A DNA stretch of 64,000 nucleotides from Euprymna scolopes (Eukaryota), in assembly GCA_053919585.1 (NCBI GenBank), contig CM132792.1. The stretch is one strand, 5' to 3'. The first letter of the stretch is position 1, and the number at the start of each line of letters is the position of its first letter. A model generated the notes under the pieces. That model was not told the origin of the DNA and did no database searches. It was given only the letters and a program-made list of their open reading frames with translations. This document shows, one piece after another, positions 13,901 through 26,800 of the stretch. A program made the position numbers and the translations under genes.

Positions 13901-16900
13901 AAAAGACATGCAATTGAGAACGGATAAAATTAAACCTTTAAAAACACTTGCAGGTGGTTTAAACTAGGTCAAACATGACGTCATTGTCGTAGTAGCAGGA
14001 GGAGAGAAAATGAAGGAACGATTTTTTTTGGCACCCCTCCTCGTAGAAAAGGGTCCAGTTTAGGGTGAAGGAATTAATGTTTTTGGCCAATTTTTCGATA
14101 TTTGTCGTCCAAGATGTCGGGCTTAAATGATACCAATCTCGTGAAAATCTGTCGCCTCTATCGAAAGTTTTTGCGAGACATGCAAACACGCATACATACA
14201 TACATGCACACATTTTCGCTTATATATATACTAGCGGGGGGTACCCGGCATTGCCCGGATGTTTGGAGGTGTGTGGTTTTGGGTAAATCAAAACTCGGGG
14301 GGGGGGGGGGGTAAAATTTTAAAAGTTTTGGTAGAAGTATGAGGATCGAACCCGAACCCTTGAGGCAAAGTTGGAAATTAAAGTGTGAAAAAAAAAAAGT
14401 GTGACGTTAACCATTGGGCCCCCGTGAAATACTAACGGAAACACGTTTGAATTTATTTAACTGTTTAGAATTGGCAGGTGCATGTTTTAATGACTTAATG
14501 AGGTCTACTTTGACTGCGGGGTAGTATTTCATTTACTGCGGGAACGCTTTTTTTAATTTTTATTTTCCCAAGATGTTGGGGGGGGGCAGCTCCCCATAAA
14601 AAAGGGATTGTCCAAATTGAATAGCAATATAAGGAAAATATTTCCACATTGATCAAATCTGATTGCTTTCAAACATTTCCGGCGATCGCAACCAGAAAAA
14701 AATACCACCAGAATTAGTGTCGCTTTTATTATACAAAAAAGCCTAATCCACATGCGGCGAGCGAAAATGTTGAATATTTATCTTTTCGAAGTCGAGCAAA
14801 TTAAATAGACAGGCGACCTCCATTGTTAACTCATAGATATTATAATTTATATGTGATATAAAAAGTTTTAAGAAGTTGTGAGCCTACTGACCGCTTCTCA
14901 GAAAAAAAGCCTTTCTTGGACATGCACAAAAAGCGAACATACATACACACATTTTCGCTTTTATATATATAGACTAGCGGGGGGGGGGTAGCCGGCGTTG
15001 CCCGGGTGTTTGGAGGTGTGTTTGTGTGGTCACCCGGGTGTTTGTGTCGGGGGGGGGGGGGTGTTAAAATAAAAAAGTTTTGGTAGATAAGTATGAAGGA
15101 TCAAACTCGAATCCTTGAGGCAAAGTTGGAAATTAAAGTGTGAAAAACGTGCAACGTTAACCATTGGGCCACCACAAAGTACTAACAGAAACACGTTTGA
15201 ATTTAAGTACTAGTGGGGGGTATCCGGCGTGGCTCGGGTGTTTGTAGGTGTGTGTGTGTGTTGGGGGGGGTGATCAAAACAACCCTGTTTTTAAAATAAA
15301 AACGTTGGCCGAGTGTTTGTAGGTGTAAAAGAAAAAAGTTTTAGTAGGAAAGTGGGCTTGAACCCCAAACCTTTGACGTGGAGGTGAAAACGAAATGGAA
15401 AAAAAACCCTGGGACCTAACCATCTCAGCCATGAGAGAAGAGGAATGAAAAGCATCTTAATTTAGCGTTTATAAAATGAAATTAACAGGTGCGATAAACT
15501 TAAGATGACGCGACTGCAAGCCAGTTTTTGCTTGCTTTATACTGAAAAGCGAAAGAAACATGTGATCGAAGTATCTGGAAAAAATAGCGCGTGAAAGTCG
15601 GACAAATTAAATACACACGCAATCCTCGTTCTTAAGTCATTTAGACGTGATATAAAAAGTGTTAAGAAGCGAGCCGAGTAAGAAGGCCGACAAAAAAAAG
15701 CCTTTTGCAGACATACACAAAAAGCGAACATACATACATACACACATTTTCGCTTTTATATCTATATATATATATATATATATAGATTTAGAATTGGGAG
15801 GTCCCCCGTTTTAATGACTTAATGAGGTCAACTTTGACTGCGAGGTAGCATTTTATTTACTGCGGGAACGCTTTTTTTATTTTTATCCCCCCCCCCCCCC
15901 CCAAAGATGTTTGGGGGGAAAACCAGTTCCCCATAACAAGGGTATTGTCCAAATTGAATAGCAATTGTCTGATATAAGGAGAAACTCCACATTGATCAAA
16001 GCTGATTGCTTTTGGACGTTCACGGTGATCGCACCGGGAACGATGTCTTAAGCTCCGTTTCGCTTTTATTATTATACGAAAAAGCTTAATACACATGCGG
16101 CGAACGAAAATTGTTGAATATTTATCTTTTCAAAGTCAGGCAAATTAAATAGACAGGCGACCCTGGTTGTTAGCTCGTAGATATTGTCATTTAGGCGCGA
16201 TATAAAAAACTTTAAGAAGTTGTGAGACGACCGATCGGTTCTCAGAAAGGAGCCTTCCTTGGACATACATGAAAACGCACACACACACATTTTCGCTTTT
16301 ATATTTATAGATAGAAGATAAAAATCGATAGAACATTAACTATAATAATATATACAAAATCTGCTAGAATTAAAATTAAAATATATTTAAGCTTACTTTA
16401 CGACCATGCTGCTTTGGGTGTTCGTGCTAGCTTAGATAAATACTTTTGCAGTTTTAACAAAAGAGCTACAATAATATCAGAGCGTCTCCATTTACGCTGA
16501 GCATTTACAGAATGCCAACATTAATATATTACACGAGTCCTCTGTGGGATTTCCACAGATCCCGCTAGTTTTTATTAAGAACAGACTCTAAATTTATTTG
16601 TAGCTATTAGGAAATAACGTAGGGTTTGTATTACTCGAAAAAGTTGTCAAAAAACAAATATATAACAAATGTTATCAAAGGCAAGATAAATTACTTTTCT
16701 ACCTAACTGGATGTTTTTTGTATTGAATGTATTCAGCTCGAAAAAGTGTTTACTGATGTATTGGAAAATTTAAAATGGCGCTCGACTTTCTCTTTGACAC
16801 GGTAAGTTTGGGAAAAGGAGTTTAAAAGAACCCCAAAAAAACTAGACAGAATACTGTTAAAAAACCCACCGAATATATGTTAGCCCATGTCACAGTAACA

Positions 16901-19900
16901 TATATTGAGCGAGTTTTTAACAGTATTTTGTATATTTTTTTATTTTTAACTCCTTTTCCCAAACTTACTGTGTCAGAGAGAGTCGGGCGCCATTTTTAAC
17001 TTTCCAATACATCAGTAAACACTGTATGTTTTTCAAGCTGAATAAACATGTTACATTAAATAACAACACTAAACACATATCCAGTTAGGTAGAAAAGTAA
17101 CGTATCTTGCCTTTGATAACATTTGCTATATATTTGTTTTTGGACAATTTTTTTCGAATCTGTACAGTAATACAAACCCAATAACGTATAGTCCATATGG
17201 CAAAACGCAGCAAAAACGCTTGTATTGTCCTAAATGCTTCTTATTTGTCCCTATCCGTAGAATTTGGTTTCAAGACACATTTGTGCCATTTTCGAAATGT
17301 TATAACTATCTGTGAATATCTAGCAATTACTTGTCCGACAGGTTTTGACTAGGCTTTGCAAGACAATTTTTCCCCCGCATGGAATATGGGTTCCTAGTGT
17401 TCGCTGGAATTGGCACAATCTTCTTAGACTCTCAGGTGTCTACGATGTTGTGCCACTATACTACATGTTCCCAGATGCAACCCTGTTCCCTTTGGAGTAT
17501 ATGATCTGCTTGGATTAAATCTGCTGTCTACCCATCAGAATGTAACAGTTGCTTCTGTTGCCTACAGATTATTTCATGGTTCTTGCCCCACTGCAATGCT
17601 TAAATATCATCCTGTGCTGTGACTGAACAGACCAAACCTACAATATACATTCACATTAGACCCACTGCATAATCACACTGGTATTTGCTAAGAGATTTAC
17701 CGGCAATCTCCTTTCGCATTGTGTTCAGCAGTCCTGAACCTGCTGCCTCAGGATTGTGTGAATGAATATGCATCATTGTCACATTTTCAGAGTTCTGTAT
17801 TGTCTAACTATCGTGATGTTAAGTTTTATGCATTCCCTAATTAGCTTAGTAGCCTTTATCTATTGCTAACAGTTTTTTATGACCATGGCTTAATAAAAAG
17901 AAAAAAAACATTACTTGCCTCACCACAAAAGTAGTTAGGCAGAAGGTCGGTTTTTGATCCTTAACCAAATTAGTTATGGTGGTACTTATGCAGCAGCTTT
18001 AGTTCTCTGGAACATCTTGCGCACAGACAGCATGTCAACAAAGCTCGTCAATCTTCTGAAAGCATGCTACGACTCCACCTGCGCCAAAGTACACTGTTAT
18101 GGTTCATTCGACATGCTCTTTGGAGTTAAACAAGCTTGTGTTCTCTCGCCTATCTTGCTTAATTATGCCATGGACTGGATCATTGACCATGCATCCGCAA
18201 ATTTCCTGCTTGTCGAAGTTGGCTGAAATTTCTCTCTTACCTTCCTGGTCTTTGCTGATCACATTGCCATATTGGGGGAGAGCTTCGAAGACCTACACGT
18301 AGCAGTTGACGGCATGCATGCTTATGCCTCCCAAGTGGGCATGAAGATAAACGCGTCAAAGACGAAGATACTTTTCGCTGACTTCGTTCCATCCCCCCCC
18401 CAAAATGCCAATTTCCCTAAACAGTATTATCATTGAAGAAGTCTAACGCAACACTTCAAGTATCTGAGATCGATATTCTTTGCCACTGGTGGAGGGTCAT
18501 TGTTTGCATCAAATTTACTTTGGTAGCACAATTAGTTACCAAATTATGACCATTTAAAGTTTGTTGGAAATTAGAAAATTTGTTGTTTTGTTTACTTTTG
18601 GTGCAAAAGTCAATTTTTACAATGTATAACTAAAAATGTTTAGAATTAGTGTAAAAATGTTATGTCATCTTGTAGTAAATGACAATTGATCATAATGGAA
18701 GCAAATTAAATCCAAGCTAGCCTAAAATCCCGCCTCTTAAAAAAAAAATATCTATATATATATATATATCTCGTATAATTAATGCAGAAGCATAAATCTG
18801 AATATTTATATAAAACTAATGGGACCTGTGGAAATTCCACAGCGGCATCTTTAATATGTAATATATTGCTGCTGGGCATACTGTGGATGTTCAGCTTGAA
18901 TGGAGACCCTTTCGTTAAAACTGTAAAGGTATTTATCTTAGTAATCTGGTTAATGTAGTGTCAGAATATATTTGTTTATTACGATTTATCTTCAGTATCC
19001 TTATAGAGGTTTGTGACATTTCCATTGTATAGACGCCCGACATGAATGGAAACTCAGCAAAATCAATATCATCTATAGACAAGATGCTACCCTTGTCTTC
19101 TATCAAGAAGACATATTTTAGTTTTATGTGTGGCCCAAAAACTGTATCTTTTAAAAAAATTTTTTATTTTACATTGCGTCTTTGGTGATCGAGAGATCCT
19201 ATTTATTAGAAAGGAGGATACGAACATCAAATTAGTGTCTCGGTATACTAATTGAATATTCGTAATGTGATCACCTATCCTCCTTTTTAATAAATAGTAT
19301 CTCCCGATCGAATAAGTTATAATCTGGAAACTGACACGCGTGCATACGTTAATGGTACTATGGTATTATATATATTCATTTCAACAGTTAACACCTGGAA
19401 TCTCTAATTATTCATAGCACAATAGAAATCAAAATAGATTTTTCTTTTAAATTATAAATCAGTCCAAACCAGAAAGGTTGGTTTATGTAAAAAATTAAAA
19501 AATCTGATTTGCTAAGATTTTTTGTCAAAAGCTAGCCAAAACCAAATATAAATAAAGCAGCATCAACAAATAGGATAAATACATTTTAAACAAACTTTTG
19601 TAATGCACATTTAATATAATTGAGTTATTAATTTATATCTATACAAGCAATAATGTTTTGATAATAAAGACTAATTCCAGAGCGAATTAAAAATTGTCTT
19701 TTTTTTTTTTTAATCCGTATCTGTGCTTACATAGTTCTGGTTTAATTTAGGAAATTTGGATAGTTTTGTGTTTTCTTGGTTTTCGTAACAATTAAACCTT
19801 GCACCAACCTGACCTCTACAACAATTCTTCTACTAGTGAGGATTTTATTCTTGATAAGATTAGAATTGTTTTTAAGGTAAAATCTTTGATAATAATTTCT

Positions 19901-22900
19901 AATGTACATGAAATGCTTCAAGTGAACATTTTTTTTTTTTTTTTTTTCTTGCTACAACTTGTTTCTGTTTCATGTGATATTTATCCAACCCCTCACAACT
20001 TTGACCTTGTTTTTACCTTAACCCGTGAGAAAGAGGATGAGCTTGTAGGGATTTAGATAAGAAGGAAATACTTGTGTTTATAATTTACTTTGATTTGCCG
20101 TCGGCAAATTTTTTTTAGGTTTTAAGCTTTACTATTTTAGGAGAAAGAAATCTGAGTCATTTTTGCATGACAATTTAAAATGTCTAAATTTTAATTTGAG
20201 TGCGTACTTAAAACTATGATGTCACTAGTTGGATAAAATTACTTCCGCTCTGAGGGGAAGAACATAATTGAACTAAAATCTGGGAGAGTTCAAATCCTCA
20301 AACCTATCCTAGTGTTGGTTTGTGTTTACAATTCCTCCCACCTATAGGTAAAAAAAAAAAAAAAAAATCATAACCCCCCCCCCAGTATTGCACGGAAATA
20401 AGGACTATCCTTAAAACTATTTTTATGAATTGAAAAAATATATTTTCTTTTAATCCAACACACTTAGATTATTGATGACCCCACCCCATGATTGAATATT
20501 TCAGTATTTTTTTTTTTTTTACACATGTAGTCATACTAAATCATAATTTGTAAATGTGTCTTTGTTAGTGGCTGAGTTTTAGACAGGAGAGACAACTTTT
20601 CACCTAGAGTGAATGCAATTTGTTCATTGCCAACCCCTTGCAAATGTGAATTGATAATTCTGAAAGTTGTGTTATTTTAATTTTTATATATTTAGTTCTA
20701 ACTGGGGATGGTGCATCTTACCGGATATGAGACAGTCACCTGCTTCCTTAGGGATTCCAACAGATCTTATGTATATCTAAATAGTTTCATGCGTGGAAGT
20801 CTGACATTAAATAACTAAAGTTTCAGTAAATGGATAGAACCATCTATATTTTGAATTCTTTTAATTTTCAAAAACTAATTATGCTTTTTATATTTTTACG
20901 TGTGTGTGTGTGCGCGCAATCATCTCTCGAAAGAGACTCTTTATTGATTCAGCTTAAGTTGGAAATATTTTTATTGTTGATCACATCTTAAGAATTCTTT
21001 TGTTATATAATAATTTGTACTTTTTTTTTTTTTACTTAAGCATGGTGCAATTAATACTTCTGACACCTCAGCAAAATTGCGGTTTCTTTCTATCTAATCC
21101 ATAATCTCTGCGTATAGTATGTCTATGGATAAGCATATGTGCATTCGATGGCATAAAAAATTACAGTAAGCATACACCTAAAACAAAAGCTGCTTCCAAA
21201 TTTTCCTGCAAGATTTATAATTAGTCTCTATTTACTTTCCCACTGAGACTCAAGGTTTTTAGTGTGTGAAAAGTTCAGTGGACAAAACAAAAAAAAATGA
21301 AAAGAAAGCACTTTGTATTGGAATAAAAATTAAAAGTGCATCATTTTAGAAGGATATCTCTTTCACTAACAGAAGAGAGAAAAGACTTTGCTCCTATCCT
21401 AAATAGGAAAGTCACTTAAAAATTGTCACCGTCTCTCCAAAAAAAAAAAAAATACTAATACTTCAGTTAACTGATGCTGATGTTTACTTGAGTAAATATT
21501 GAATTGCTTCTGAAATTTTGATTTAGTGGATGAAAATTGACTTTCAAAAAAAAAAAAAAAAGTAAAGTGATTTTATGCTGAAAAACATGTCAACCATTTT
21601 TAATAGGAAACATGTTTATGACATAACTGTAATATCAACTAAAGTTTTTCTCATTTTTTAACCATTTATTCAGTACTTTTTATCAATTAAAGTAGGTATT
21701 GTTTTATTGTTTCCTCCAGGGTGGAGGTTGTTTTATTGAAGGTTGTTAAGTGTTAAGACATAATTGATGGAACTTAGCGTTACACATTTAAATTTGACAG
21801 CCTAATTATAATTCTCTTATCTTTATAATACTATTATAAATACAAGTTTCCTCCTTGTCTGGGAACTCGTTTGCCTGTAGCACTAAGAATGGAATTTCTA
21901 TGTATATATTCAAGCAAACATTAGCTCCAATCAATTGCAACTGACTGAAGTATTAGTATTGTCTTTTTCCAAGTGACTCAAATTATGAAAAGTGGGCTTG
22001 GATTTTTCATAACTTGGTCACACTGTATGTTGCATGCTACTATTTGGATTTAATCACAAATCAATGTGATGGGTTAATTTATGATTGTAAAGTTTTAAAG
22101 TCTTGGCATATGACTCTCATGCCTTCCACGTGTGTTGCAGTGCACAAATACTGATAACGTTAAAGTATTTTACTCTCAAATAGAAAACAAAAGAAAGAAA
22201 ATCCAAATGACTGAATTTCAGTGGTTTTGAACCAACTACCAGAAAGAATGGCAATAATTTTCTATATGGTTAGATTTGCTTGAGCCCCTTCCTTTTTTTT
22301 TTTTTTTTTTTAAATAGGTGGTTAACTAGTCTACTCATAAATTACAGTGACAAGGATGGTCATAGATTCTTCTCACGAGCATTTGGCCTAATTTAATTAT
22401 AACTTTTGTATAATTTTCATAATTTTTTCAAAATATATTTTGTTGGAGGGGAAATTCTTGACTATAAGAATTTAAATTTTTGTTCCATCCAAAGTGTCCC
22501 TTTATGGCGTGCTAGATAATCTCCACAAAAAAATCTTGTGTTTAACTTTGCCCTCATGAAGAAACAAATGATACTTTGGTTAAAAAGATGTTAAGACGCA
22601 CTTTAACTCTTTTCTCTTGTACATGTTGCGAGCTTGCCATGCTAGTATAACTGAAGTATCCATGATGGATAATACTATTATTGTTATTGTAATTGTTTCA
22701 TACAAAAAGTCTGAAAAAATGTAACGTTAAATATTCAAAGCAACTTTAGCTTGTTTTGGAAGATTCTGTGCATGTGAAAATGGCAGTATGTATGTTTTCT
22801 ATATCTATGAGGATATCACCCCCCCCTTAGCTATATTTGGTAATACAACTGGCATAGAAAAACTAAAAAAAACAAACAAACAAGAATGCTGAAATAACAT

Positions 22901-23854
22901 CCATCTTTCTCTGCCAATCTTGCATTGCTTTTCTAGTTGGCACTGGATTTAAGGAATGTGATGTTACAAGTTTCAAAGGATGCCAATTGTTTTGCGAAAC
23001 AAGGAGATCAATAAAAAAAAAATTTGGTAACATGCAAATGACTTCATCTATTGGGGAAGGGTTATCCAGCTAACACAACAGGCGAGAAAAAAAAAGTGAT
23101 TACTTAAAAGTAATCACTTTAAAAGTTAAATAGAACGTTTTGCATTTTATGTATTGCACACTTGAATGAGTCAACATTCAAGTAAAATAGAGCGATTCAA
23201 ATGCAGTTATTAATTGCTTATTACTAGCTCGAGTAATTGCTTTGTCTGCCAACGTTAACTCAATATTTCTTAGGAAATGGGTGTTTTTTTTTATCTGTTT
23301 TTTCCTTTTTTTTTTTTTTTCAAAAAAAAGCATCCTGCAGATTGCAGTATTCAATAAAATGAAAGTAAAAATGACAAAAATTCTTTATTTTCACTAATAC
23401 AAATCTGTTAAAAATACATTTACTTAGATTTTTTTATTTCCAAAAAAATGAATGAATTACAATTATCAATTATAAATAATAATAAAATATGCTTAAATAT
23501 ATTTTGATTAATGCAGATTTCATATTCATTATTATATTTGACCCAATATATAGTAATGATTAAAAAAAAAAATGACTTGTGTGTCACCACTGAGAACCGA
23601 AAGCTTTAGCTTACAATTTACTTTTCCTTTGACGTTAATGCCTGACTTATGAAGACATTTTTGCTGCAAGGCTAAAAATTAAAACATGAACCAATATCTA
23701 TTACGTTATGCATGCATATTCGTAATGCCGCCGTTCAAATGTCACGGGTCAAATTTCACTTTTTCTTTTCTTTTTTAATTTAATTTTCACACTTTTGCAC
23801 CGGTTTTTCCCAGTTAAAACCCAGATATAAAGTTTCATATATATATGATATATA

Positions 23855-23885
<31 letters not shown>

Positions 23886-26800
23886 GGATTCGAATACTCT
23901 ATACATGAAGTTTCATGTCTGTAAACCAAAAACTGACCGGAGTTTGGTAGGCAACATTTTTTAAACAAACTTATATATGCATGTATGTATGTGTAAATAT
24001 ATATAAAGTTTTGTTTACTATAACCTTACGCAAATATTACGCAAGTATAAATCATGTAGAATATCTGCATGAATATAATTACACGTAATATTTAACTAAA
24101 AATGATCATCCCATAAGAAAATGGAAAAAACTAATAGGGAATTTATAAAAATGAAGGTTTAAAAGAATATGCAAATTAGATCTTTTGCAAATGAATGAAA
24201 TTCCACGACCCATATATAACAAAGTTGTATTTTCTTTTTAAATAGAAAGAAAGGTTTTTAATATGAATATCAATACACACAAAACAAATTTGAGTATAGA
24301 TTTTCAAATGTAGTTAATTTTGTAAAATGTCAAATTTTGTCTTCTGATTAAACGATTACTTCAATTCTTTTAATGAATTATTCTAAACAAATTAACTCTT
24401 TCTACAATATCTAAAATATTTCTAATTTGTAAGGAATTTAGTGACGGTCCTGTTCTTTGTATATTTATGCAAAGAAGTCCCTTCTGATTACCATGTGGCA
24501 CTTTTATTGGTATAAAACTAATTACTGGATATTACCAACAAGTTCATTAAGAATCTTTTTAGTAATTTAAATATTTTAATGTTTCAAGATGCTTGACCAT
24601 AGTCGTACATCCCAGCTGCATGTCTTCTAGGCACATTATCATTATCGCCTTGATTTATTTACAATAAAGTATTTTTTTTATCTAAATTTTACTAGGATTC
24701 GTTCAATCCCTGCAAACCATCAATCCAATCCCACTTATGCTCTGTCTGTACTCACTCTCCTCTTTTAAATCAATGAGAATTGTGAGTGTTACACAAAAAA
24801 TATGAATATATACCAGTTATGCCAATATCTATTACGTTATGCATGCATGTTTGTAATATCACCGGTCAAATTTCACTTTTTAAAAAAAATTTTTTTTTTT
24901 TAAATGACTATGTACGTTTTCTATATCTGTGAGGATAGATATATAGGGCTATATATATATATATATATAACACAACTTCGTTTTTTTTTTTTTTTTAAAT
25001 TTTTTTTGATCCCCTGACAAAGGAGGGATTGGACCTGGTAAATCACTCCCATTCGTGTTTTTTTCCCCCACTTTTCTCTATAACCACGCCTTGAATTTTA
25101 TTTTACTTAGTATTTTTTTATTTTGCACAAACACTAGTCATGGTGAAAGTAAATTCTTCACTGGTGGCAGGGGACTCCACATGCTCGGTTTGTTTCCACT
25201 AAAATAATGTGAAACTACTTGAACTTGCATGTCATTTGCAAGTGTAAGTGTTGTATTTTCATGAAGACCTGCTCTGGTAACCCACACTTGATATAAATTA
25301 TATTTGTATTATAATTTCATTGCAATATTTTTTACATAGTTTAATTTTTTTAGTATCATTAACTTTTAGGACCAGATGTGTATGTGCGTGCATGTGCACA
25401 ATTTACTTTGTAGCAGAAATAACTGCACTTGAAACTATTTGAATATGTGCATATGCAAATATTTTATCATTACATTTATTTATTTATTTATTTTTCCTCT
25501 TGATTTCAGGAGTAAAATATTCAACATCAGAAAATTTTGTCTTTTTTATTCAAAATTTCAAATTAAAGTTGTTTCTAAGAGATTAGTTTGATCTTCTCTG
25601 GAGACATTTGGGGGACATTTTATAATTTCAATGCAATATTTTTACATAGTTTAATTTTTTTAGTATCATTAACTTTTAGGACCAGATGTGTGCGTGTGTG
25701 TGTGTGCACAATTTACTTTGTAGCAGAAATAACTGGAGTGTTCCATTACTTGTATATGTATTTTTCTATTTTAGTGGACACTTTCATTTTGAATGAACAG
25801 ACAAAAATGCACTTGAAACTATTTGAATATGTGCATATGCAAATATTTTATCATTACATTTATTTATTTATTTATTTATTTTTCCTCTTGATTTCAGGAG
25901 TAAAATATCCAACATCAGAAAATTTTGTCTGTTTTATTCAAAATTTCAAATTAAAGTTGTTTCTAAGAGATTAGTTTGATCTCTGGTTTCAAAATCCTGC
26001 AAACTGCCTGCAAGACTAAAGATACCGAATATAACTAATTCTTCAATAGATGGTTGCAACATTGACTGAAAAATCGGTTTCATCAACTGAAGAATTGAAA
26101 GATAAGATAGATATGCTAAGATGTTCACAATTAATTAAAAGCGTCTGCAGTATGTTTGATGGCCATTTGTGAAGTGCATGGCAAATGTCGGAACATATCT
26201 GAGTGATGATTTGCATGCAAAGACAAACACCTGCTTAAAACATATGAAATGTTGATAAAAATAAAGATGGAATTTAAAGCAAAAAGACATTTGGGGGACA
26301 TTTTTATAAAAAAGAAGATTGCTTTAGTTTTCTAGATAAGTGCTCTTGCGAATGTACTTCCGTCGTCCTTAAAATAAACATAATTGCTATAATCTCGCTT
26401 ACTGTCGGTGTGTAGTTGTTTTCTATTGCTAATCACAGTTGCAAGTCCTTCGTTGATAAGGTTCCAAATTTCCAAATCTAGCCATACTGAAGAACCATGA
26501 TATTGCGAAACCTGCCTGTAGATAACATCTTATATATTATATATATATATATATATGTATTAAAGTTGATTTTTTTCCCCCCCCTCTCCATCTACAGTTC
26601 CAATAGGAAAAATAAATGAACACTTCTCAAACAGAATTTCCTAAACCGTGTTTCACAAAACTGGCACTACACTTCATTCTTTTACAAAATATTACATTCA
26701 TTCTAGCAGTCTCTCACGAAAAGACATATTCTCACAAAAGCAGTAACAAACACTTTAACTCTATTCTTCTGTCGCATTCTCAGCAGTGATTTCTTGAGAG

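Noticed and set aside
14340-14425. Functional tRNA gene
   Set aside because: A/B boxes are present but there is no convincing cloverleaf and there is an internal T-run; reported as a tRNA-like cassette instead
20696-20770. Possible 75-nt in-frame (phase 2-2) cassette exon in intron 1
   Set aside because: The acceptor is good but the donor is weak (AT|GTATAT), the peptide is not Wee1-like and the gene is complete without it; needs RNA-seq
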